Origin: Nemertoderma westbladi
Taxonomy: Eukaryota; Animalia; Xenacoelomorpha
Length of the DNA stretch: 64,000 nt
Direction: 5' to 3'
Assembly: GCA_032718475.1 (NCBI GenBank)
Contig: JAUCBJ010000807.1
Coordinates: forward strand, 1,703 to 65,702
The position numbers and the translations under genes are program-made. Shown in pieces: positions 1 through 10,008 of this stretch; within the stretch, counting starts at the first letter, position 1; every line of letters starts with the position of its first letter. The notes under the pieces are model-generated. The model was not told where the DNA came from. It ran no database searches and saw only the letters and a list, made by a program, of their open reading frames with translations.

Positions 1-1
1 A

Positions 2-790
2 ATGCCGCCCCTGGAACAAATAAGGAGACCGGCACAAAGGGAGACGCGGTCTGCAGTCAGGAGACAGGTGGATCGCCGGGAAGAACCTACCATCCAAGAA
101 CAGCCGTTGCAGGCGGACGGACTTACGAAGGATCAGGGCGCATCAAACGTGGTGAGGGAGAGGAAACACGTTTACTACGTGAAACGTAGACCGATACAGG
201 ACAATGCTGGGTACGAATTTCAGCTACCGGCCTGTTATACCTGTGGAGCCCTGAGTCATATCCAGGACAGGTGTACGTTCGGCCCCCCGGACAAACTTCT
301 CGGGGATCCGTGCTCGTACTGCGGCGAACGGGGACACTTCCTGGCGGCCTGCCAGGTACTGCACCGACTGTGCGGACGGTGCGGCTTCCGGGGACACCGG
401 AACAGTGACTGTGACCAGAGGGAGCCGAGGGGGCGCTTAGAGCGATTCGAGTGCAACGCCAACATGGGGGTGGAGACCAGGCGTCGCCTCCTCAGGCGGG
501 GGATTGCCATGGGTTTCTTCCGCATGAAGCCGGATTTCGTGCTCGCGATATCGAGGCGCGAGGAAACCGTGCAATACACCCATATCCTGCACGTCGCCAT
601 GACAATAGGCATGCAGAGGATACAGGACACACTAGACGAGTGGCGGCCGGGACACCCGGGACACCTCGAAGGGTTCCTGGACCACTACACCGGGACCTAC
701 TACCTCGAACACGTGGTAAAATACCACAGGGAGGTGGAGGACCAGAAGGAGGAGGATATCAATGACCGTAAAAGACGGCGAATTAAGTAG
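2..790 (+). CDS. C-terminal part (probably 5'-incomplete) of a triple CCHC zinc-knuckle protein, probably retroelement-encoded
   Basis: Three CX2CX4HX4C knuckles (CYTCGALSHIQDRC, CSYCGERGHFLAAC, CGRCGFRGHRNSDC) and a basic C-terminus DRKRRRIK. No protease or RT follows. Confidence 0.7.
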   Translation: MPPLEQIRRPAQRETRSAVRRQVDRREEPTIQEQPLQADGLTKDQGASNVVRERKHVYYVKRRPIQDNAGYEFQLPACYTCGALSHIQDRCTFGPPDKLLGDPCSYCGERGHFLAACQVLHRLCGRCGFRGHRNSDCDQREPRGRLERFECNANMGVETRRRLLRRGIAMGFFRMKPDFVLAISRREETVQYTHILHVAMTIGMQRIQDTLDEWRPGHPGHLEGFLDHYTGTYYLEHVVKYHREVEDQKEEDINDRKRRRIK

Positions 791-975
791 GACTGCACGT
801 TACGAGACTTATCTGACTGCACCTTACGGGAGATTTAACTGCACGTTACGAGAGTTATTTGACTGCACCTCACGGGAGATTTAACTGCATTTTTACGAGA
901 GTTATCTGACTGCACCTTACGGGAGATTTAACTGTATTTTACGAGAGTTATTTGACTGCACCTTACGAGAGAACC
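791..975. repeat. Tandem repeat of ~46-bp units built from two ~23-bp subunits
   Basis: gactgcaccttacgggagatttaactgcacgttacgagagttat repeated about 4 times directly after the stop codon. Confidence 0.9.
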
Positions 976-3384
976 GAGACTATACGTCACGCTGTACATA
1001 TTTACAAGCCACACCTTGCAATGCCCGATGCAATACTTGCATTTTTTTGTTCCATTTGATCCATGTAGGTACGCACCACCGAATGATTACAATGTTTATG
1101 GAGTAAACCGTCTATAAGTATCCACCACTGGCTGTCTCGGGGAGCTCACGGGGGAGGGGGGGGGGGGGTGTGCGAGTGTGTATGCGTTATTACGGGTGGA
1201 TAGTTCAACACAGTTTACAGAGCGGTGTGATTTGGTTAACCTAGTATTTAGAGTGTATGTGTGTACGTACGTGTGTATGAAAGTTACGTATAACAGTCAC
1301 ACAGCAGTGGGTGAAGCAGAAGATGCCACCCACGAGTGGGGTTCGTCGCTGTGGACGCTCCCATTCACAACTTACGGTACCGAACAAGTAGGTACCACCA
1401 ATGGGGCCCACCTACCTTATCACAGGTACGTGCGCACATTGGGGGTGGCCCGATACGGACGGCCACAACAATTTGAGGTTGTTTGGAATGAGATAGCACC
1501 GTGTGCAGTGATTGCGACAGGAATGAGAATGTAAGTTGGAAGTTAACGAATGACACAGAGTAGCTGGTTGGAGCGCAGCTGGGCGGATGGGTAGCACCCT
1601 GGGTTGGCCAGGATGCAGGGGGTCGATCCCACATTTGGGGGCTCGCCGTGCCATAGAGCCGGACCTGGAGAAAGTAACCGATAGCGCGTTCGGAGAGATT
1701 ATAAATATTTAAATGGGTGCCCAAAGGATCGTAAAAAACGTCAGAGAGCGTAGCGATGTGGTGTCCATGGGTGTGCCCATCACCAATAAGTGGTGCAGGG
1801 GTCACCCAGAGTACATACGAGTGAATGAGTGTGTGTGTGCGTGGCACAACGAACAAAATGTGTTTTTTTTTTTAATTAATTTATTTACATTATTTCGTAT
1901 CATGAATCCTTTATGGTGTGATACCATTGCCTACATCCGAGAGTGGATGGCACTGAACAGCGCGTTACGGGGCTTAAACCGTTTCACGATATCAACACCC
2001 AGATGGGTGTTGATGTCAATCGTCTGTAGGGTCAGCGGAAACTCGTCTAGTGTGCTGACTCACGGCGAATTGGTAAAGGGACTATCAACTCCCGTTTTTT
2101 AAAACCATACTCCGGGTCAACAGTACCCACCATTATTTTTTTATCCTTTTTCTACCACAATTTTTTTTTACCGACAACCGATGGATTGTTTAGGAGTCGC
2201 CTACCTTTCCTGACGTTAACAGGGCGTCTACTGGCTCGTGCCTTTAGATATGGGAGTGTAAATCATTTACACTCCCAAGGGGGAGTGTGTCCGACAACCG
2301 GAACCTTACCCTTCCCAAATCCACACATTATATTATACGAGTACCACGGGTTTCCCACCCAAGCCTAATGTTTGTACTGTAGGGGTAATTACTGTAGCGT
2401 TTGTACTGTAGGTGTAGGTAGGACTACGGAACTGACTAGTTACAGGGCACACGGGGGGGGGGGGGGGACTGGGCTGCAGTGATTTCCAGGAATATTAGTA
2501 TTAGGTTACTACGTACGCCTTCCACCAAGTCAACTCTCAAGGTATCAATACAGACATGGGGCTAGGTGGATTACAAACGAGGTATACAAAGAGCACGTGA
2601 TCGGGAACAGGTTGGCCGCCAGGCCACACCTGTAGCAAGACAGAGGTAGCAGGGAGATGGGATATTAGCCTTGCCAGAGATAGGAATGTACAATTAGGCG
2701 GTCAATATGTACTACATTATGTAGTACGTATTTATTGTTATATTGGGGGGGTTTCAGTAGGTTTTAGTTTTAGGTAGTAGGATTATGTACTTAATTAGGG
2801 TTTTTGCTACGTACGGGTGCCAGGCTGGGGTCTTAAACCCCAGTCTGGCTCATTACTAGGGAATATTCATCCGCGCTACCGGGGTACATTAGACACAGAT
2901 TAGCAATATTGGTTCAGTTGGTTTGGTGACAAGAGTGGAAGGTGATATCGTTGTTTTATGGCACAGTTCTTTAGTAGTACAGATTCCTTATTCATTTTAC
3001 GTATTCACTTATATTATTTTATCTTTTGTAAATGCATCTGATTTATTGTTTGTTATCTGTTTATATTCTGTCTATATTCTGTATTACTATGGTGCTGTGT
3101 AGGGATCGGCCTGCACAGACACCACACTGGAGCGTTTAGTTATCAGTTTCCTTTCCACCGGACGGGCGGGTTACCTGATTTGGGCGGTTCAGTGGGGAAC
3201 TCATCATTACGTGATATTTACGCCACTACACCAACCCACCTATTAGTAGCAAATCATGGGATAAAATCGAGGATAAACTGAAAGTTTGAGCTCTTCATCT
3301 TATAATATGCGAACTAAATAATAAAGAGGAAATAAAGTTGATATATTGTCAGCCGTCGGCTTCTGGCTATCAAATACAACTTAC

Positions 3385-3478
3385 CTTCAGAATCAATAGC
3401 GGAGGCTTCTAACGATCGCCCAAATACGGCTGTCATTGTCACAAAGATTAGAAGCAGAATGAAGATCATTTTGTTCAT
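3385..3478 (-). CDS. Probable first coding exon (signal peptide) of a host secreted protein
   Basis: The minus strand reads MNKMIFILLLIFVTMTAVFG-RSLEASAIDSE followed by a consensus G|GTAAGT donor. The exon is 94 nt, phase 1, with start context caaaATGa. Confidence 0.65.
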
Positions 3479-3752
3479 TTTGGTAAAGAATAATAAATTA
3501 ACTTTACTTAGTTTCCTTGAAATTATCTATTTCTTATTACTGTTACTACTGTACTACCCGTAATTTAGTGTAATTTTCTGAGATGAATTTTTTTTTTACA
3601 AATCTTTATCATAATGCTTGAAATTTGAAACACAACTAGTTCCACTCACCGTCGTTCACCCCATGAAGCCGGGATTTTCGATTTTGAAGTTAAATTTTTT
3701 GAATACGCATTTACAAAAGTGTCTTTTACAAAATCGCACCCTCCGAACCATT

Positions 3753-4171
3753 GCTATTCTTCACATTAGTTGTAATTTTTGTCATATCATCAGAAAGCTT
3801 GCGTTGCAAGGATTCCAAATATGTAACAATATCTGAATTTCGTTGAGAAACAGCTGGGGAATAGGCGTTCAAAGATTGCAAGAATTATCGTTCGCTGCAG
3901 GCCATTTATTCTACTGTATAATAATAAAACAACGGTATGCCTATTCAGTCTATTCTATTATTGCGTAGCTACACATAGATAAAAATAATGTTCCAGAACA
4001 TTGTGTATTTATTAAATAGAATAAATGGCCTTCAGCGAACAATACTTACAATCTTTGAGCGCCTTTATCTCAGCTGTTTCTAAACGAAGTTCAAACATTG
4101 TTAGATATTAGGAATTCTTGCAATGCAAGCTTTCTAATGATATGAAAATTTACGACTAATGTGAAGAATAG
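3753..4171. repeat. Internal hairpin / MITE-like inverted repeat with ~155-bp arms, mirrored at ~18825-19243
   Basis: gctattcttcacattag...ggccatttattcta (3753-3913) is an imperfect reverse complement of tagaataaatggcc...ctaatgtgaagaatagc (4017-4171). Confidence 0.85.
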
Positions 4172-4369
4172 CCCCGATTCGGAAGCGCTTGCTATAAAAA
4201 TCCCCCTCCCCTTCCTGGGGGGGGGGGGGGGGGGGGGGTTATACTACGTTCATGGTGTATATAACTACAGTAGGCCTAGATGAAAAGTAAACTCACTAAA
4301 AACGCACGGTACACAGAGTTTCAGGTGAATTGCGACACCCCAAATTAGGCCCCCCTCACACACACGGAG

Positions 4370-4885
4370 CAACTTGTTTTGAAACTTGTTGCTGGACGCC
4401 TCGCACACAGAAACAAGTTGCTGTAACATGTTTCCGCATCTTGTTTCCGAAACTTGTTTCAGCAACTTGTTGCTGGACCCCCACACACACAGAAAATTGT
4501 TGCGCAAGAAAATAACAATTATTTCTAAATAAATAGCTAACATGTCCAGGCATTTCTATATAATATCATATCACTCAAATTATCGAATATTAGCTCTAAT
4601 ATAAAAATTTGGATGTAATAAAAGTTTAAAAAAAAAATTGCTGGGAATATAACTTCCAGCATCTTGTTGCTGGACCCCCTCACACACAGAAACAAGTTTC
4701 GGAAACAAGTTGCAGCAACTTGTTGCTGGACTCCTCACACACAGAAACAAGTTTTGGAAACAAGTTGCAGCAACTTGTTGCTGGACTCCCTCACACACAG
4801 AAAGAAGTTTCGGAAACAAGTTGCAGCAACATGTTTCTGTGTGTGAGGGGGTCCAGCAACAAGTTTCTGAAACAAGTTGCAGAAA
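4370..4885. repeat. ~55-bp minisatellite with a palindromic core, mirrored at ~18220-18660
   Basis: Unit aacaagtttcggaaacaagttgcagcaacttgttgctggactcctcacacacaga; orientation flips near 4830. Confidence 0.85.
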
Positions 4886-5608
4886 AAGTTTCTCCGTGTG
4901 AGGTGGGCATAAAATTGGATGAGAGTTTGTATTGAGTGTACTACAATATCAGTATACAGTAGGGCCATGTCAGAACCCCATATGTACCGCGTTACAGCCA
5001 TGTCGAAGTGCTACAGTAGTATAGAGCCAGGTCACAAACCGGAGCAGAGAGCCCAGGCAGAGGCCGCCTAGAACCAGAGCAATATCAATATAGAAGCCGT
5101 CCAGAACCAGAGCAATATCAGGGCTTAGGACGACTACTAGAACCAGAACAGTACCAGAGCGGAGTCAAGTGTGATCCATATAGCCAATGCAAGGGTGGAT
5201 CCTGGTCAAAGCTAGAGAATTTCCAGGGCTAGACCATGACCTACTATAACTACTATTATGACCTACTATTATAGAAGGTAGTGGCTAGACCAAAACCAGT
5301 TAGTGCCCGATATGACATCGTATGAACCCGAGTATTGCGCTATTCTGGACAAAACAACAGCAGTGCAACAGCGGAGGGAGTCCAGGTCAAAAACAGTCAC
5401 AAATATCATCAATCATGACTAGATCCAGCAAGAGAGCAGTAGTAGTGCACCGAAAAGTCCAGTGAATATGAGTAATGAGCTCTGTGGCTGTCGGAGCCAT
5501 GCCAGAAGCAGAAATGAGCAAGGTCAACACAACAGCAGTACCAGACAAGACCCCTGTTGGTCATGCCTGGCCAAGCCGGCAGATTTTAGAAGGTTACTTT
5601 CTAACATA

Positions 5609-7085
5609 GTAGACCATAGTAGACATGTACCGTACAACAAGAGTCCCACAAGAAATGAAAACAAATAAGTTGGTGCCAGTTCCCAAGAAGGGCAACCTAA
5701 CACTCTATGGTTCTTTTCGGGGAATCTCATTGATCTCGATTGCTGCAAAGCTATACAATACGATTCTATTAAATCGCATCAGGGATCCCATTGAGAGACT
5801 GCTCCGTGGAAATCAGAATGGGTTCCGTAAAGGTCGTGGGACCATGGAGCCCATTTTGGCACTTAGAAGGATAATTGAAGAATTATCAAAAAAGAAAGAC
5901 AGGCATCTGGCTGTTATCTTTGTTGACTTTTTCAAGGCCTTTGATTCAGTCTCTCGCTCACGTATGTTCAGCATACTTTCATTATATGGGATTCCTGATG
6001 AAATTATTGCAGCAATCAGATCAGTATACGATGGTTCGACAACATTTGTGTCTACTGTTGACGGTGACACAGAACCATTTGAAGTGTTATGGGGCGTCCT
6101 CCAAGGAGACACACTTGCACCATTCTTGTTCATTATCATTATTGTGGTTGACTATGTTCTACGCATGTCCTTAGATCATCATAATGATGATGGGGTGATG
6201 ATAACTCCACCTACTGGCTCCAGAAGTCGAGGAAATCCTGCCAAGTACCTAACTGATCTAGACTTTGCTGATGACTTAGGAGTACTCTCAGAATCATTAG
6301 AGGGAGCCCAACGGCTCCTCAGCTCATTAGAACATGCTGCTTCTAGTGTTGGTCTTTTTATTAACTCCAGAAAGACCAAAATTCTGACAGTTAACTTTGA
6401 AAGTCCTCAACAAGTCTCTGATCGGATGAGCATAAGCTCAAAGGATGGTATGCTTGAGCATGTGGACGACTTCTGTTACCTAGGATCATGGATCCGGACG
6501 TCAGGTGAGGACCTTCGAATACGTAAGGGAAAGGCATGGGCAGCCTTGAATAGGCTTTCCAGGATTTGGAAGTCACCGAGAATTAATCGGAAACTTAAGG
6601 TCCGATTATTTAGAGCAGCAGTAGTTCCAGTACTCCTCTACGGGAGTCCATGCTGGGCTCTAACTGCTGAGGACACCAAATCTCTGGATGGCACATTCAC
6701 AAGAATGCTACGCCGGGTTCATTGTGTCAAGTACAATGCACACATCTCCAACCAGACACTATATAACATTGGAGGTGTCTCATTGGTTCCCCCAAGCTTG
6801 ACACTAAAACAAAATCGCCTCCGCTTTGCAGGACATTGCTTTCGCCGTGAGGACCAGCCAGTGCATAATCTTGTACTTTGGCAGCCTCATGGAGTGAATA
6901 AGCATGGTGGACAGCCCATGACTTTCTTGAGACGCATCTTAAAGGACACTGGCCTTAAAGATGCGGATGATCTAGCAAATGTCATGGGTGATAGGGAGTT
7001 GTGGCGGTGCAATTTTGTTGACAAGCCGGCACAGCATTCTTAAAAATGCAGCGGCAATGCAGCATGCCGATCCTAGTAGTAGTAG
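5609..7085 (+). mobile_element. 5'-truncated RTE-clade non-LTR retrotransposon
   Basis: 10-bp TSD ttctaacata (5599-5608 and 7086-7095) and a (TAG)n tail. The empty site is present in the right arm near 17470. Confidence 0.95.
5625..7043 (+). CDS. RTE reverse transcriptase (N-terminally truncated ORF)
   Basis: Motifs RGISLIS, QNGFR, FVDFFKAFDSV, GVLQGDTLAPFLF, LDFADD, FCYLGS, RLRFAGHCFR. Confidence 0.93.
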   Translation: MYRTTRVPQEMKTNKLVPVPKKGNLTLYGSFRGISLISIAAKLYNTILLNRIRDPIERLLRGNQNGFRKGRGTMEPILALRRIIEELSKKKDRHLAVIFVDFFKAFDSVSRSRMFSILSLYGIPDEIIAAIRSVYDGSTTFVSTVDGDTEPFEVLWGVLQGDTLAPFLFIIIIVVDYVLRMSLDHHNDDGVMITPPTGSRSRGNPAKYLTDLDFADDLGVLSESLEGAQRLLSSLEHAASSVGLFINSRKTKILTVNFESPQQVSDRMSISSKDGMLEHVDDFCYLGSWIRTSGEDLRIRKGKAWAALNRLSRIWKSPRINRKLKVRLFRAAVVPVLLYGSPCWALTAEDTKSLDGTFTRMLRRVHCVKYNAHISNQTLYNIGGVSLVPPSLTLKQNRLRFAGHCFRREDQPVHNLVLWQPHGVNKHGGQPMTFLRRILKDTGLKDADDLANVMGDRELWRCNFVDKPAQHS

Positions 7086-7600
7086 TTCTAACATAAGTTT
7101 AGAAAGTAAATTGACTAGATACTGTGAAAAAAGCTACAATAATTCCTCCCAATTATATACTTTCGTCCAAGTACAATCAATTGCTTACTCAATTACTAGA
7201 CAGATAATCTGCTGGTGGCTGGCGTGAGCGCGCAACATAAATGCTTCTGTTTGCTTCATAGATGAGGCATGGATGATAAGTCAAAGCATAGCGCCGCACT
7301 AATATAGGCCTACTGTATATACTGTATATAACATTATGTACTAAACTTCAAACATAGTGCCGCACTAATGTTGGCATACACAGCATCAACATATCATGTC
7401 ATGGAACGACATGGTGTGGCATGCATTGCATATCACTGTACAGTATATAATCCTATAAAACATAATGACACAGAATAGCATAAAATAAAATAAATTCACT
7501 TTTTACTCTTCGTTCCATAAAGTAAGCAAAGGGAGAACTGAGTAGGACTAATAGCTGAACTAATGATTGTGGCTACTCTCTATGACGCGGTGCGGATGAG

Positions 7601-7741
7601 AAGGGATGGGAAGAGAGCGGGGATGGGAGGATGAGGGGATGGAAGGAGGCGGGGATGGGAGGAGGCGGAGATGGGAGGAGGTGGGGATGAGAGGAGGCGG
7701 GGATGGGAGGAGGCGGGGATGAGCGGAGGCGGGGATGAGGG
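7601..7741 (+). repeat. 16-bp G-rich minisatellite (G-quadruplex-prone), mirrored at 16806-16966
   Basis: (gggaggaggcggggat)n, about 8 copies. Confidence 0.85.
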
Positions 7742-8688
7742 TCGATCGTAAATTACGTTATAACACTAGGATGCGCGACCATCTGTCAATGACGTAACCA
7801 AATATGTGCGCACTAGCTAATGTGGGATAGAGTTTTTAGTAGAAGCGATATGAAATTGTACTTCTACTAGTTTTGTTAACTGTGTCATTGTGGAACCTCA
7901 TAGCATTGCAAAATGTCTTCTGCAGAATAGCATAGCACACTTGCTACTGCATGTTATGACACATGTTATAATAGAATGTAACTATTTATACATACTAGAG
8001 ACGGTCCCATGAAGCAAGTCGAGGATACAGTACGAGTCAAGTGAAAGCTTTTTGTTCTGTCTGATAAATTAGTGAGAGGGTAGTCCCGGTGTGTACGATT
8101 TATATTCTAGACAACTTCAAACTATAATTATTACAGTATGCTGTTGTTCTTGTTGCTGTTGTATGTTGTTCTAATGAATTATAAAAGCTGTTGTGATTAT
8201 AGAAGATAGATAGCAGTTAGTGAAATGATTATTTTGTTCTATCGGATAGAGCAGTCAGAGAGGAGTCGAGGTGTCAATTGATTAATAATAATAACAGCAG
8301 TTGTCATGAATTCAATACAATCGCGCACAAGAAGTGCTAATACAAATTCGTTATTATTTTTGTAATAAATTATAAAACAAGTTCAGAAGTTTCAATGTAA
8401 ACCGCTTTTACAATTTACACTGTTCAATGTAAACCACGATATTAATTAAATACAACAATTACATTATTATTACAGCAGAGTACAATCAGTATTAGTTCCC
8501 GTTGTTCCGAGTTCCGAGTTTTAGTATTAATTATATTAAATTTAATTATATTGTTATTGCTAAACTGTATAACTAAACTGTTTACCGTGGACCGGCGACA
8601 TACTTTTTATTTGATTTACCGGTACTACAAATTAATTTATATCTGGCACCCTTTGGGCCGATCTGGATTAGTATCTACTACTTTAAGA

Positions 8689-10008
8689 ATGTCGTCGCAG
8701 CGGAAAAGAAACAATAACAGCGATGACAACCATCGTCAAAGTATGTCCTTATCTTCTCGTCGTCTCAGCATTGGAGTTGCAGCTGGGAACCCCAATATAA
8801 ACGAGCCGAAATCTCAACTACACAAACAATCAAAAGAAGAAAACAAAAGGATAAGCGGGAAATCGTCAAATTTGGTCACAGCAACTACTAAATCGGTAGC
8901 GGATCCCACAGCAAATCGTGACGATGGACTAACTGAGATTGAGGTGAGTTGCTCTAGCTCCAATTGCGATGTATCGATGATTTGCATCGTAAAGATAGGG
9001 ACGGATTTTGGTCGCATCGACTTCTACTGCGGAAAATGTGTTGGTTGTCGTTTATCTAATTTATCAAAGGAAATGGAAGCCTTGGAACTGCGAGTAGACC
9101 ACAATATAACAAAACTCCATGGACAAGTAAATGACTTCGATTCTCGATCTATGATCTTGGAGGTACAGATCAAAGATAATAGACGAGCTATGGAGAATGC
9201 TTTCAAGAACCTTAGGGTTGAGACAGAAAGTAATATCGAAGAGCTACAAAAGAAACACGATGATATAGACCTAGAACTCGAAGATTTAAAATCCGCTGCC
9301 AGTAATCGCACGACTGAAAATACGACTACTAATGGTGATACAACAAGTAATGAAGCTTGGCCATGGAAAAACGTGTCATATTCCCGCTGCAAAAAACCAA
9401 ACAATACAACAAACCTCGCTATACTAACACGGCAACTAAAACACGAAGAATCTGAACAAAATAAACGCAGATCAAACATCGTTATATCCGGTTCCAGTCC
9501 GCAAGATAATGACAAAGATCTTATTATCGACATCGCCTCTACTCTCAATGTCACACTAGAAGAGAACGATATAAACTTTAAACGTGTGGGGAAACTACGA
9601 GAAAACAACTCGCAACCCGTAGTAGTTACATTACCCCCAGAAAAGCGGGCTAAACTACTACAGAAAGCTCGTGATTTACGTAAATCACAAAGATATAACC
9701 ACATATATATATCGTTAGATCTCACACCAGAAGAAAGTCGTCTGCAATATGACTTACGACAGGAAAGGCGTGCGATGCAATCTAGTCATCCAGATAAACG
9801 CTGGGTCATCTACCGAAACGAAGTGGTTGACTCGGCATCTATTAACAATCTAGGAAAAACCATGAACACAGCTGGGCTAACCAACGATCAATCTTTACAT
9901 AGACAACGAACATTCTACAGATCTGACTCATCTTCATTTAGTACCTCCTGTAATATATCCCCAACTACAACAAATCCATCTCAATCACAGGTAATAAATA
10001 TAGAATGA
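8689..10008 (+). CDS. LINE ORF1 protein (degenerate Cys-rich region, coiled coil, RRM/CTD-like region)
   Basis: First ATG at 8689. Contains FYCGKCVGC, a heptad region, RRSNIVISG, KRVGK, PVVVTL and IYISLDLT, as in CR1/L2 ORF1p. Confidence 0.85.
   Translation: MSSQRKRNNNSDDNHRQSMSLSSRRLSIGVAAGNPNINEPKSQLHKQSKEENKRISGKSSNLVTATTKSVADPTANRDDGLTEIEVSCSSSNCDVSMICIVKIGTDFGRIDFYCGKCVGCRLSNLSKEMEALELRVDHNITKLHGQVNDFDSRSMILEVQIKDNRRAMENAFKNLRVETESNIEELQKKHDDIDLELEDLKSAASNRTTENTTTNGDTTSNEAWPWKNVSYSRCKKPNNTTNLAILTRQLKHEESEQNKRRSNIVISGSSPQDNDKDLIIDIASTLNVTLEENDINFKRVGKLRENNSQPVVVTLPPEKRAKLLQKARDLRKSQRYNHIYISLDLTPEESRLQYDLRQERRAMQSSHPDKRWVIYRNEVVDSASINNLGKTMNTAGLTNDQSLHRQRTFYRSDSSSFSTSCNISPTTTNPSQSQVINIE

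Larger units (their letters stand above)
3553..8131 (+). repeat. Left arm of a large inverted repeat (~3.1 kb after removing the RTE insert)
   Basis: Reverse complement of 16394-19440, from actacccgtaatttagtg to actataattat, with scattered substitutions and indels. Confidence 0.95.

Noticed and set aside
4265-5001. Cluster of short ORFs, mirrored at 18149-18755
   Set aside because: They are translations of the palindromic 55-bp minisatellite.
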